A stretch of DNA of 62,930 bases, the filler included, from Folioceros fuciformis (Eukaryota), in the NCBI GenBank assembly GCA_049999805.1. It is 7 parts of 7 records of this genome, joined end to end, with 100 filler letters (N's around TTAATTAATTAA, not from the genome) between each part and the next. Parts side by side here need not be neighbours in the genome. Positions count along the whole stretch, not along the records: positions 1 to 23,292 come from JBNGIO010003572.1; positions 23,393 to 44,248 come from JBNGIO010003578.1; 5 more parts are not named here. One strand, 5' to 3'. A program made the translations under genes and the position numbers. Within the stretch, counting starts at the first letter, position 1, and each line of letters starts with the position of its first letter. Positions 13,109 to 25,262 of this stretch are shown one piece after another. Below the pieces are notes generated by a model, which ran no database searches, was not told the origin of the DNA, and worked only from the letters and a program-made list of their open reading frames with translations.

Positions 13109-16100
13109 CTAGACTAATCCCTCCTTGTAAGAGGCCAGGATTAGTCTTAACAGCTCGTCCGTTGTTTGCGAATGTTCTCGTGGCTCTTGGGACGTTCGAG
13201 CCACATTGACCTGCGCCTCCAATTCTTCTAACTGCCCTAATGTTGTCTCACTCAGTGTCACGTCCAGCCCTCGTTGACTAGGGGGCTTGCAGCCTAGGAG
13301 CCTGTGACAAATTACATCCAGGAGACCAACTACAAGGGAGTATTCCTTGCTAGAGTACAATGATACTGTACATCCTACTAACATACCTACGAACTCTTGC
13401 GCAACAGCACAGCTTCCCTTCCGCACGAGTTTCACAAGGGTGTCCATAAACACACCACTAACCTTCGGGGTTGAACTGTCTCTGTTTCCATCCATATCAG
13501 ACTTGCCTACACGTCCTTCGGGCTGATCCACCTCATTGTCACCCGCTGCAACACCAGAAGCAACAACCTCCGAGGGATCCACTAGGGAGAAGGCTGCCTT
13601 CGCAGCGTAAGTCACCCAAGACCTGAAAGTTCTTTTGTCATCAAACGCAAAAGCCTCAAATTGTTCCTCTCTTGATACTGCTGAGACCATATCATCAGGC
13701 AGGGTTGTCACACTAATGATCACATAAGGAAGCCAGTGCCGCAGAGCCGTCACAAAGGGGGATGATCCCCCAAGCATTGAGTCACTTGCTGCCAATAAGT
13801 CTAGAAGGCTGTGCGCAAGTTCCGAAACGGTAACCCACATCTCTGGGCAATGTCTCAAAATCAAGTAAACTATTTTCGCGGCATGTGTCACACTCACCTT
13901 CGCATATATTATGAAATCTTTCTGCTCCGTGGAAAGGGATGCACCTGCCGTAGAGGTGCTGCAAAGCAACTCCATACAACTTTTTGACCAGAGAACGGCG
14001 TTCTTGGCAAAAGATACACACGTCAGTTTCGAAGACGGCGATGTAAACAGCCTCAGACTTAGCACCTCGGATATTGACTGCATTGTGGTTGCTAGTACGC
14101 TAGCCCTTCCAGTCAATGTGTGAAAAGGGATCTCTTCACCTGTTCAGACAGGATAAACCACCTCGTTACAAAGAGTACGGACAGATTATGCTCGTGACAG
14201 CAGGCCGGACAGGTAAGTGATAGGAATCTGAACTGTTGCCTGGCAGAGGTTGGAGAGGCTCTCTAGTTCGATGTTTACGACTGCTCTTGCGTGCATACTT
14301 TGCCTTAGGTTGCAAAGGAGGTGGGGAGCTTTGACCTGGCTTTGATGCCTCTGGAATCGTGGCCTTATGTACAGCGGTTGACCACCCGATTAGCTCTTCT
14401 AGCAACGCATCGACAGACTTCTGCACACATAAGACATCAGCAACAGATAAGCCATCGATCGATGCATGGCAGACAATCATTCACGACTGTTGGTGAAAAG
14501 AACTCACAACAGAAGGTGCCCTGGGCGGTTGGCTGCTGAAGGTCTGCCGTACTTTTTTCCCCTTCTTGGGAGTCTTATTTCCTGGAACTTCACACTCAGC
14601 TGCCCCATCGTCTCGAATTGCTAGATGAATGGATAGCTTTGAATATGCTAGTAGAGCTGGTAATGCCTGCATCCTACCGTGCATTTGGGAACCATCATGA
14701 GTCCTCAAGACCACGAACCTAGCTACTTCCCTCAAGCAGCGAAGAAGTCCTGGCAGGGCATCACATGAAAGCAGAGCTTCCCGTGTTCCATCCTCTGCAA
14801 GCAAGCTTTCAATCTGACGGGCAGCCCCAGCTGCGACTAGGAGGGACTCCTCGATAGACTCATCCAATTCTCCTGCTGCTGGATTCTGGTTTTCCTGTTC
14901 AGACGCGGTGTTCACGGCCATAGCCTTTAACCAAGCTGATTTCCTTCGCTTGCGCCCCCTACGTGATCCAGTTCCATCTTGGCAGTCCTTCTGGAGTCGG
15001 TGTTCGTTCCACGGCATGACATCAGTAACATGCCTGAAGAGCATAATTAGAGCTTCCAAAAGATCATCGAATCCTCCCCAAGCAAGAATCAATGCATGTA
15101 CTGCCTTCATCTCCTGGACGACAGCTGGAGAAGCACCCGCCCTGCAACTAAGCACTAGATTCCCACAATGAGCAACAAGCTTTGGGACCTCTGTAGGAGG
15201 CAGAAGAGATGCGATTTTTAGAACGCAGGATCTCTCCTGCGACGTACACGCCCTGTTCAGTAAAGACGTTAGGATATTCACATCTATGACCTCACCCAAG
15301 GTCCTCTGCCCCTCCTTCTCTGCAGCCAGGACACAGCAAATCTCGAGGAGAGAGGAAACAATTCCTTCGATTGCTTCTCCTGCGCCCTTGAGAATGTCAT
15401 TACTGCTCAGTGACCTCACAAGCTCCAGCAGGAGTTCAGCTGAGACACCTTCAACGAGAGCCCATTTGCAGAAATTGGCACCAGCCTCGGGGGCACGTTT
15501 AATTAACGTGATGCATCTTCTGCAGGCTTCATCCGGAGAGAGCTTCGATGGAAGGTACGAAGGGATGAGAAGCCTGGTTAAGCGTCGTCCTACCAAAGAA
15601 TTATCTGTTGCAAGACACGAAAGCAAGAAGTCCAGTTTCACGACCTGAAACAAACAACAATACCCCGCTTGAGCGAATACCTCGTGAGTCATCTATTGCA
15701 CCGTCAGACAACAGGGAGAGCAAGCTTACCTTATAAAAGTGCAGGGCAGGAATTCCCTTAATCACCAGAAGCAAGTCTGCAGCAGCAATCCTCACACTCA
15801 ACGCACTGTCATTCAGCAAGGGCCCCACCCTTGGGAGCAAAGCTTGCAGAAGACTGTGGCTCTGAGGATTCTCCAAAAGGTAAGTAAGGCCTGCAATAAC
15901 TGCTAGCCTTACTGCGATACTGGTTTGGTCGTTAGACATATCGTCAACAACTGCAGTAAGCAGCTTGACCGTCGTTGCAGAGGGAAGTACCTCCCAAAAG
16001 AACCGCAAGATCCGGCAAACTCCCTCGACGGCTATACAACGAACATCTGGACAGGGGTCAAGCAGTAGCTTCTCCAGCAAGGAGATTTGTTTCTCCAGTA

Positions 16101-17274
16101 AAGCTTCCTTCTCTTCCTTTGACGCCTGTGGATTCTGAAGCGGAAAGACCTCTACGAGAAGCAGCAGTGCGTTACGCCGAACGTCTGAATTGGCCACCTG
16201 AAGCAGTCACTGTCAAGCTTAGAAAATTCAGGCGATCAATCCAAAGTATGTCAGAAGAAGGATTGGGACGCAGCAGCATCCGGCGCAAATTCAACTTTCT
16301 ACCTGGAGGGATCGAAACAAGAGTGGCTCGTTCAGTCGGAAAAGCATGCTTTCAACCCCGTCTTGAGTTTTCTGTGATATGAATCCGTCCAACACTCTGC
16401 GGACAGAAGAGGCCAAACTTTTGTTGGAGGAATAGATGGCTCCCTCTATCAGCCCTTGAATGCAGTTCTCTTCTATTTCCTGCAAACAAGGCTGCTCGGA
16501 GTCCTTCCAGGCACGATACAATATGTCTCCATAGGCCGCTAGGCCAGATTTGGTGCTAAACGGAATCTGTGACCGAACCAGGGCCACCAATTCCTTCACA
16601 AACTGAGCATTCAATCCGAACAAGGAAGAGATAAACCGGCAGCCCTCAGGTGAGCGTAAGTAGGTTGGTGTCAGGAGGCAGCGAATGAGCAGGTGCTTGA
16701 AGTCCTCCACACTCTCATGGGCAAAATCAAAAAGGGCGAGAGCGCCACGCAACGCATAAACTCGACGGACATCAACTTTCCGTAGCGATTCCAAGGACCT
16801 GGACACGAGAAACGGAAGAGACTGGGCAACCAGACACTCCTTGTTCTCAAAACCATTCCGCCACCACGTCTCGCAAACACCTGCTATAACTTCCTGCAAA
16901 TCCTGATCCTCCTCCAGCTTCACAAGCTTGTCATGCAGCCGCAAGACCGTCGGATAGAGCAGAGCCGTCTCAAATCCGTTGCTGGTTGCAGACACTCCTG
17001 CCTGAACCACCAGTGCACAACCTCGCAGGGCCGCAAGAGTACCAACCCGATCCTCCGAGGCCTCCGACGAAGCCTCAAAACATTCCAGCAGACCGGAAAC
17101 TCGTCGAAGCAGGACATCGCAGAGTTCATCAGCCACATTCCTGCTGCACTTGACCAGGAGCTTGCCTAAAGCTGCCTTGCAATTCCGGCCAGCCCTGTGC
17201 TCTACAACCTCCAAGAGCCTGTCCGGAGACTCCTCGAGAGCCTCCGCCAAGGCCTGCTCCACGGCCCCCCTCAT
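13109..17274 (-). CDS. CAP-G2: Condensin II complex subunit G2 (CAP-G2), multi-exon
   Basis: HEAT-like exons: 'GVESMLFRLNEPLLFRSLQ|VANSDVRRNALLLLVEVFPL', 'DPCPDVRCIAVEGVCRILRFFWE', 'LTRLLIPSYLP'. GT-AG junctions link ORFs 16291-17274, 15601-16197, 14481-15692 and 13109-14116. Confidence 0.88.
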
Positions 17275-17721
17275 GGGACCCCGGCGCCCGTAGCAGTGTC
17301 AAAACCCCACCCATCCGCTGCAAACCCCGCCACCATGTCTCTGCAGCTGCGATTGCAACCGGAAAAACGCAATTCTTGATCCAGGAACTGGCACGCCGCG
17401 CCCTGCACCACCACGCAACAACCAGAACCCGCCGCTTCCTCTCATCGGTCGAGCCACCAGCGCATTGCGCCACGAGCCGCAGCAAGAAGGAGACAGAAAG
17501 CGGAGGAGAAGGCCGCGAAGACGGGGAAAAGCTCAGCTTTCAAAATGCTCTAGCGGCAACGGTACTGGCACAGCCCACGACGGGCCGACGGTTTGAAGGG
17601 ACGTCGGTGGGAAGTGGCACGGTCACGGTAACCTCGTCCAGAATCTACATCGTATTAGTGTGTACCAACCATACGGAGATCGACATCACTAAAACAGCTT
17701 GATGTGTGATGTGCATGTACA

Positions 17722-17797
17722 GATACATACATACATACATACATAAATACATACATACATACATAAATACATACATACATACATACATACATACATA
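17722..17797. repeat. (TACA)n microsatellite in the divergent CAP-G2/SEC31 intergenic region
   Basis: Directly visible tandem TACA/TAAA units. Confidence 0.95.
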
Positions 17798-18453
17798 CTT
17801 TTTACCGTACTAGAAAGAAGCCTAGAAGGGCAAGGCCCGGAAAGTGCCGACACCGAAGCAGAACAGAGAACAAAAAGTGAGGAGCACCAACGGTGGTGCC
17901 GACAACCAACGTGCGGCTTTCCCTGGACAGCAGGTCACCATGGCCTCGTTACCGGACGCTCCCGGTCACCATTTACACGCGTCCAGAGAAAGCACATAGA
18001 GGCGATGGCATACCCTGCCGCTGTCGTTGCTCGCTCCCTCGCTCGCTCCTTCGCCAGCTTGCCTTGCATAGCTGAGGGCCTACGTAGGTGGGCGCCCTAA
18101 CCCCTGCCAATCGGCATCCACACGGGATTCAGGTGCCCAAGTGCTTGCCGTAATTGGGCCTGTCGAATTGGCTGAGATCCGGTGGCAGCTCAGCACCTGG
18201 GGGATCATGCTATTGGGGCAAGGATCGGGGTACGCCTGGACGCAGGGTGGGCAGACTGCAGGGGTTGGGCTGAGCGTGGGGCTCACAGTTTGAGGAGTTG
18301 TGAGGGCGAACGCCGTTCACGTCCGAGCTGGTTGCTGCGTGGACAGTGAACACAATGTCTCAGCCGCTGTAGGGAGCTGAGTAAGGTTTGGTTGCCGCAT
18401 CTTGGGTCCTCGAGGAGGACCGGGGATTTGGATTCGGCTAGGTTGAGGTAACC

Positions 18454-21400
18454 ATGGCGTTGAAGGCCTTTTCCAGATCTTCGTCGGCGACCGTGGCCTT
18501 TGCCCCCTCGGGCCAGTTCCTGGCAGCTGGCTCCATGGCGGGGGCGATTGATCAGTCCTTTGACTTCTCCTCGTCTCTGGAGATCTTGAAGTTGGGTTTT
18601 GAGAGTGACAGCCTAGATTTGTCGGTTCTGGGATCTTGTATCACAAGCGAGAAATTCAATAGGCTCGCTTGGAGCTCGGTAGGATCAGACACTGAGAAAT
18701 ATCCTTACGGCGTGATTGCCGGGGGTCTCACCGACGGCACTGTCAATCTGTTCAATCCAGCTGCGCTAGTCAGGTAGATTTTTGCCGTTCTGGACTTCGC
18801 GTGAGTGTCTGCCCTGATCTTGTGGTTATGGAGGCGCTGTCTGTGTACATCGCTTTTGGTTGAAGTTCCAGGCATTATGGTTTGCATTCTCTGTACATGT
18901 GCTAATCCCAGAGGTCGAGTTATTTATTGGTTCTGGGATACTTGCGCCCCATGGTCGGGTACGATAGCTAGTCTGGTGTTTTAAGGATTTACACATGTAT
19001 CTTCGTTCTTGAATTGTAGTGGGGATGCCGTCAAGGCCAGCTCAGCTCGGTTCGAAACGAAGTCGAAGCATAAAAATGCTGTAGGTGCACATTCCACTTT
19101 CATCACCCGTTATCCAGGTTAGAAATCGGTCTTTTTTGTAGAGATTCTCATTTTTCGTTTCTTTCATGGTGTGCCAGGTGCGTGGTCTGGAGTTCAGCCC
19201 AATCGAGCCTCATGAGCTTGCTTCGGGGGGAAATGAAGGGCATCTTTACATCTGGGACCTGACGAAACCGGCTTCACCTCAAATTTTTCCAGCTCTTGAT
19301 GTATTTGCACAAATCCAGTACAGCCTTTACAGCTTGCCTATGGAGGTCATGGTCGTGGCCTGATTCCGTGGCCTTGCTTTGTAGAGTAACACTGGAGAGA
19401 TAACCGACCTGGCTTGGAATCGGGGGGTGCGTGTCATCATTGCAAACACTTGTGGTGATGGCTCTTGCGGTAGGCAAACCTCTAACTGATTAGCTTGGCA
19501 CACAAGCCTTGATCATATTATACTGTTCTGACTGCTCCATGAACACTACTTACGTAAGAGTTAGCCGTTCCTTGCAGTTGTCTGGGACTTACGAAAGCAA
19601 ACTCCTGTCATCAAGTAGGGTTTTCTTTACTGTGTTCGATTGCATCCTGGTGATGGTGTTCTCAGCACCCAGTGATTGATAACTTTGATGGTATGCAGGT
19701 TTGCTGAACGGAATCGAAAAAAGTTTTCATTGCTTCAGTGGAGTCCCGAAGTTAACACTCAGATTATAGTGGCGTCAGATGATACGTCTCCTGCTTTGCA
19801 GGTAGATCTTGTCCTACTAATGTATTAACGTTATGATTTGTAGCTCCAATTTGTCAGGAATTCGTTTTCAGGCTGCCACACAGCTAACTTCGCTGGCCAT
19901 CTCTCAGATTTGGGATCTTCGGAACCATGTTGCTCCCACGAAGGAAATTGCAGGCCACTCGCAAGGTGCATTAAAGTGAAGGTTTTCCTGTTTGTAGTCG
20001 ATTCGTGATCTGCTTTACACTAGAAGGACTATCTATCTATCTTCATCTCTGTGCTGTGCAGTATCTGATTGTTGGAGTGGCCCTTGAGTGTACAGGCATA
20101 TTAGGCATGGCTTGGTGCCCACATGACAGCTCTTTGCTGCTAACATCTGCCAAAGATTACAAAACTTTCTGCTGGGATACAGAGTCTGGAGAGGTTTGTT
20201 TCACTTCTGCTTGTTCAGGCCTGTCTGTTTTTAAGTTCCTCCACGCTGAATTATCTGGATCTGATGCAAGGGCTGAGTTATTCCATGCTGCCAAATTCAG
20301 GTTGTTCACGAGCTGCCGTCCACTCCACAATGGACCTTTGATGTTCGTTGGTCGCCTCATACACCTGGTGTTTTAGCAACATCTTCGTTCGATGGAAGTC
20401 TGAAGATTTGGAACATAGAGGTGTGAAAATGACTCTGCTAGGTGTCTATACCTGTTGAATCAGCTGCTCTCAACTTCACATTCATTTATAAGTTCCCCTT
20501 TGTTCTGCTCCCAGTCCAGGCCTGCAATGGGATACAATCAGCTGCTAGTGAATATGGAAGTGGTTTTGCTGGTGTTGCACCTGCAGGTTGGCCTGTTGTC
20601 TATGGCGCTTCCAATAATTCCACGTGTTTAACGCCCTCTTGGCATAGTTTTCTTGTGTGATTGGTGCTGATTTCTTTATCTGTTGCTGTAGCAGTTGTGA
20701 AGAAAGCTCCTAAGTGGTTGAAGAGGCCTGTAGGTGTTAGCTTTGGCTTTGGTGGTAAGCTTGTATCTTTTGTGCCAAAGAAGGTACAACAAGGGACCCC
20801 GCCTGCCACTGAGGTACGGCTTTAAGCAATGAGATATGAAGTATTTCTACATTTTCTGTTTTGTGAGCAAGTGTCACTAAAAATTATGATTCGCTTTGTT
20901 TTGCAGATTCGTCTGCATAGTGTTATAACCGAGGAAGGGCTTGTTAAGCGGTCCATTGAGTTTGCAGCAGCAATTGCAGAGAGGGCAAAGCCAGCGCTGT
21001 TCACCTTGTGTGAAAGCAAATCTTTGTCATCAGGGTAGGTGCTTGGCCACTCGTGCCTGACTAGCTATATACTGCAAGGTTTATGCTTTTTTTTTGACAC
21101 TGGTCTTCAGGTCTGAGGAGGAAAAGGAGACTTGGAGCTTCCTGAAAGTGATGTTCGAGGAGGGTGCCAGGCAGAGCCTCCTGTCTCACCTCAACTTTGA
21201 AGTGAAGGGCAATGGTAACCATACAGAGTCTTCAGGAGCCCCAGAAGAGGTGGCCAGTGAAGAGATTGAACAGAACTTAAATGCTCATGACGGGCTTACT
21301 GAGAACAGGGTGGAGACGCTGCCCACTGCTTCATCCGGTCAGCCTCTTGGCCTGAATGGAGGTTCACAACTAGATGACGCAGATGACTTTTTTAACAACA

Positions 21401-23292
21401 TCCAAACTCCTAGGGGAACTCTATCTGAGAATGCAAGCAGAGTTGAGTCCCTTGATAGTGTCTCTGAGCACACTGGTGAGGAGCACACTGAAGGTGAAGA
21501 GGAACGAGATGCAGTGGATGCTGAGCTTGAAGCTGCTATCCAAAAGGCATTGGTTGTCGGTGATTTTGAAAAGGCTGTGGACCATTGCCTTAAAGCGAAT
21601 AAGATGGCAGATGCTCTTATTCTTGCTTTTGTAAAAGGTGGAGATCTGTGGGACAAAACTCGAAACGACTACGTGAAACAGAGTCACCGGCCCTACCTCA
21701 AGGTATGTGGACTGTCATTATGTCTTTTTTAACTGTCTGTAGTCGATTGGTAACTGTTGGGACAAACTATTTTCCTGTAGATTGTTTCTGGAGTAATTAA
21801 TAAGGACTTGCGAGGGCTGGTTGAAAGCCGACCCCTGAAGGCATGGAGGGAGACACTTGCTTTGCTCTGCACGGTATGCATCTGTCACAATGTTCCTGTA
21901 GGTGTTCACAAGATTAGCCTGGACTTGGCTTCTCTTAAACGCGCCTCCTGTGTTTTTGCAGTATGCCCATGGTGACGAGTGGACAGCACTGGCTGATCTG
22001 CTGGCTGGAAAGCTGGATGGCGCACATGAGACTCAAGCTGCTACTCTGTGCTACATTTGTGCTGGGAACATTGAGAGGGCTGTTGAAATCTGGTCGCGTG
22101 ACCTTGAAGTCAGCAGTGCAGGCAAGAACTTTGTGGACAGGCTGCAGGTTATCCCCAGCACTTTTCCCGATTAGCTCTTTTGTTTGTATCTGCTTCGTGA
22201 GATCCGGATGGGAATCTGAGATTTCTTTTCTCTGCAGGACCTGATGGAGAAGACTGTGGTTCTTTTGCTCGCCACGGGGCAGTCAATGGCCAGCACAGCA
22301 GTGGCCAGGCTCTTTGGGACTTACGCAGAGCTTCTAGCAAGTCAGGGGCTAGTGGACACAGCATTGACGTATCTATCATTAGTAACTGACCAGCATTCCG
22401 TGCATGACCTAGCAATCCTGCGAGATCGGTTATCTTCTTGTGGACAAGGTACTTTCTGGGCGGTGTGAACTTCTTGGAGGCATTCCTTAGAATAGTCTCG
22501 TCAGTTGTCTCTTATCCGTCGCACTGTTTGGAGCAGGTGCTACTCATCCAGCTGTCCCTGTTGAAAGAGAGTTTCAGCCTGAGCCTGTGGAGCTAACCCA
22601 ACATGTTCCCAGTCCAGCCAGCGAGGTACTGCTCTGAAGATTGAGAGTGGCAGTTGTGTGGTTAATTGTCTGGGTCTGATGGGTGTGGATGCCCAATGTA
22701 TGTTTCTCAGGATACTTACCAGGCAGTCGCTGCGCCTGCAACTGGTTATGGGTATGGTCATCAATATGGACAACCTTCTGTGCAGAGCTTTGCGAAGCCA
22801 TCTTATCAGCCTCGTTCACAACCTCAACCACTTGTCCCTCAGAATGTATATTCAACTGTCCCTGGTCCACCAAATTATAGTGAACCTGGCAGACAAGCTG
22901 TTCAAGTAAGCTTTGAACACTGCGGCTGCCATTGGGTATTGTTGTACTTTCTAGCCTGCGCTTTAACTATGTGTGCCTGTCTGGAACATCCAGCCAACAA
23001 GCTTTCTCATTCCGAATCAAGCAAAGGCTATTCCTGGGCCGTCCTACACTGTATGTCTTTATGTTTTTTTTTTGTGCTCTTGATTGACAGTGGTTGAAGG
23101 TTGGTCTAATTCGCTAGCTGTCGCCACTCTGATTTATTGGTGCAAGCGCTTTCCAACGTCTCGGTCCTTACATCTTACGGAATGTTTTTCTTGCTGTAGA
23201 GTCCTGCACCAACTCCTTTTGAACCGGCACCATTTCGACCGGCACCAACCTCCTATAATCCGGCACCAACCCCCTACAATCCGGCACCAACC
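18454..23292 (+). CDS. SEC31: COPII coat protein SEC31, 5' portion (many exons), truncated at the contig end in the Pro-rich region
   Basis: '[22 protein letters not shown]', 'KFNRLAW', WD40 exons, '[21 protein letters not shown]', '[15 protein letters not shown]', '[10 protein letters not shown]', '[13 protein letters not shown]'. Confidence 0.92.
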
Positions 23293-23392
23293 NNNNNNNN
23301 NNNNNNNNNNNNNNNNNNNNNNNNNNNNNNNNNNNNTTAATTAATTAANNNNNNNNNNNNNNNNNNNNNNNNNNNNNNNNNNNNNNNNNNNN
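23293..23392. other. Artificial contig linker N-TTAATTAATTAA-N (also at 44249-44348, 49139-49238, 54310-54409, 56318-56417, 60599-60698)
   Basis: An identical 100-nt spacer with a six-frame stop motif occurs six times, and genes are cut at these positions. Confidence 0.97.
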
Positions 23393-24125
23393 CGTTTGGT
23401 ACTCCCTACAATTAGGGAAGGATGCCTTGTGGAGCAAGTTGCTAGATCTAGGGAAGGATAGCCTTTGGTATTCCCTACAATTGGGTGGGTGTAGGGAACG
23501 ATACCGTTTGGTACTCCCTACAATTAGGGAAGGATGCCTTGTGGAGCAAGTTGCTAGATCTAGGGAAGGATAGCCTTTGGTATTCCCTACAATTGGGTGG
23601 GTGTAGGGAAGGATACCTTTGGTATTCCCTACAATTAGGGGAGGATGCCTTGTGGAGCAAGCAACTAGATCTAGGGAAGGATACCCTTTGGCATTCCCTT
23701 GATTAGGAAAGGATGCCTTTTGGCGCAAGTAGGTGGGTGTAGGGAAGGATAGCCTTTGGTATTCCCTACAATTGGGTGGGTGTAGGNNNNNNNNNNTAGC
23801 CTTTGGTATTCCCTACAATTGGGTGGGTGTAGGGAACGATACCCTTTGGTACTCCCTACAACTAGGGAAGGATGCCTTGTGGAGCAAGTAGCTAGATTTA
23901 GGGAAGGATAGCCTTTGGTATTCCCTACAATTAGGTGGGTGTAGAGAAGGATACCTTTAGTACTCCCTACAATTAGGGAAGGATGCCTTGTGAAGCAAGT
24001 AGCTAGATCTAGGGAAGGATACCCTTTGGCATTCAAGGATACCTTTTGAAGCAAGTAGGTGGGTGTAGGGAAGGATACCCTTTGGTATTCCCTACAATTA
24101 GGGAAGGATGTCCTTTGGAGCAAGT
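23393..24125. repeat. Complex tandem array (~112-bp higher-order unit) of palindromic subunits TAGGGAAGGATACCTTTGGTATTCCCTAC
   Basis: CGTTTGGTACTCCCTACAATTAGGG recurs at 23393 and 23505. Each subunit carries GTAGGGA...TCCCTAC and ATACC...GGTAT inverted arms. Confidence 0.9.
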
Positions 24126-25262
24126 TGTTGGATATCTTATAAAACAAGTTGTTAAGTACCAACATAGAAATATGTTCGTAGTAGAATCTAATAAAATTTT
24201 GAGAAAATTTATCCTTAGGGAATTGTAATAAGGTTCATAGAAAATTTATTCTTATTGGACTCTAATAAAATTCTTCATCTTTGTATATGCAATAACCTGC
24301 TTTCAAGAATCTTATCATAAGCAAAATGTTATTTTTTTCCGTACAATTATAGGAAGCAAAGTTGATATTACTAAGTCTCCATTTCATTTAAGGAGGGTAT
24401 GGAGTCAGTAAAAATATTTATTATAAAATTATCTGAACTAAAAAAAATTCTAATTTTTTCTATTGATATATTATTTTTATATTATAAATGATATAATTAA
24501 TTTTATTCATGATGAATCAATCAATCAATTTGATCTATGGTGGCCACGAGCTTGTGCTCCAATATTGATTCTTAGATTATTAATGTAAATATATTTATTG
24601 TAAAATTACTTGTGCTAAAAAACTTCTCTATAATAAAAAAACAAACCAACGCCTTAACTAACCTTGCAGGCAAAACTCCAAACCGGGGCCTGGATGGATA
24701 CAGGTTGCACTGAAGGATCTGTTAGCGAGCGGGTCCGTTTTGAATTGCAGAATGTGTATGGAGCCAAGAGCCGCAAGACATCGTGTACAGCTTTGTACTG
24801 AGGTCTGCCACACAGAGCCTGCCATCTTGCTTTTGCGGAAATTTTTATTCGGACTTGATCTCGACATCTTGGAGCTGGGAGGTCCTGCGTATTGGTTGCA
24901 TCTGATTAGCAGCTTCACCGCTTCTTGCAGCAATTTGTCCAACTGTACCATTTTTTGTGCTCAGCCGGAGACGAGTCTGTCTGTTGGAAGGGCAGAATGA
25001 GGCCTCACATACTGTGCTTTGCATGCGGTAGTGCCGACAATTGCACGGTCCTCCTTTCACACAGCAGCACAAGCAGTCATGGTTGCGCTGTGCTTCTTCG
25101 TATTTTCTGTATCATGGAATCATGGATATGCAATGCGAAGGTCATAGACTGCTACAGCATGCAACAGGGTGGTGGTCGGAGTCGTGAAATTTGCTACCTA
25201 GTGGTCATGGATGGGCTGGTGGATCTTGCACAGCCGTTGTGACAGTGCCTGCTGCTCCTGCA

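Noticed and set aside
23393-24125. CRISPR-like array of palindromic repeats
   Set aside because: The linkers recur instead of being unique spacers, there are no cas genes, and the context is eukaryotic.
24660-25000. Possible PPR N-cap relic ('LDKLLQEAVKLL'); similar weak hints at ~58540-58810 and ~60340-60420
   Set aside because: Too few motif residues to distinguish from chance by eye.
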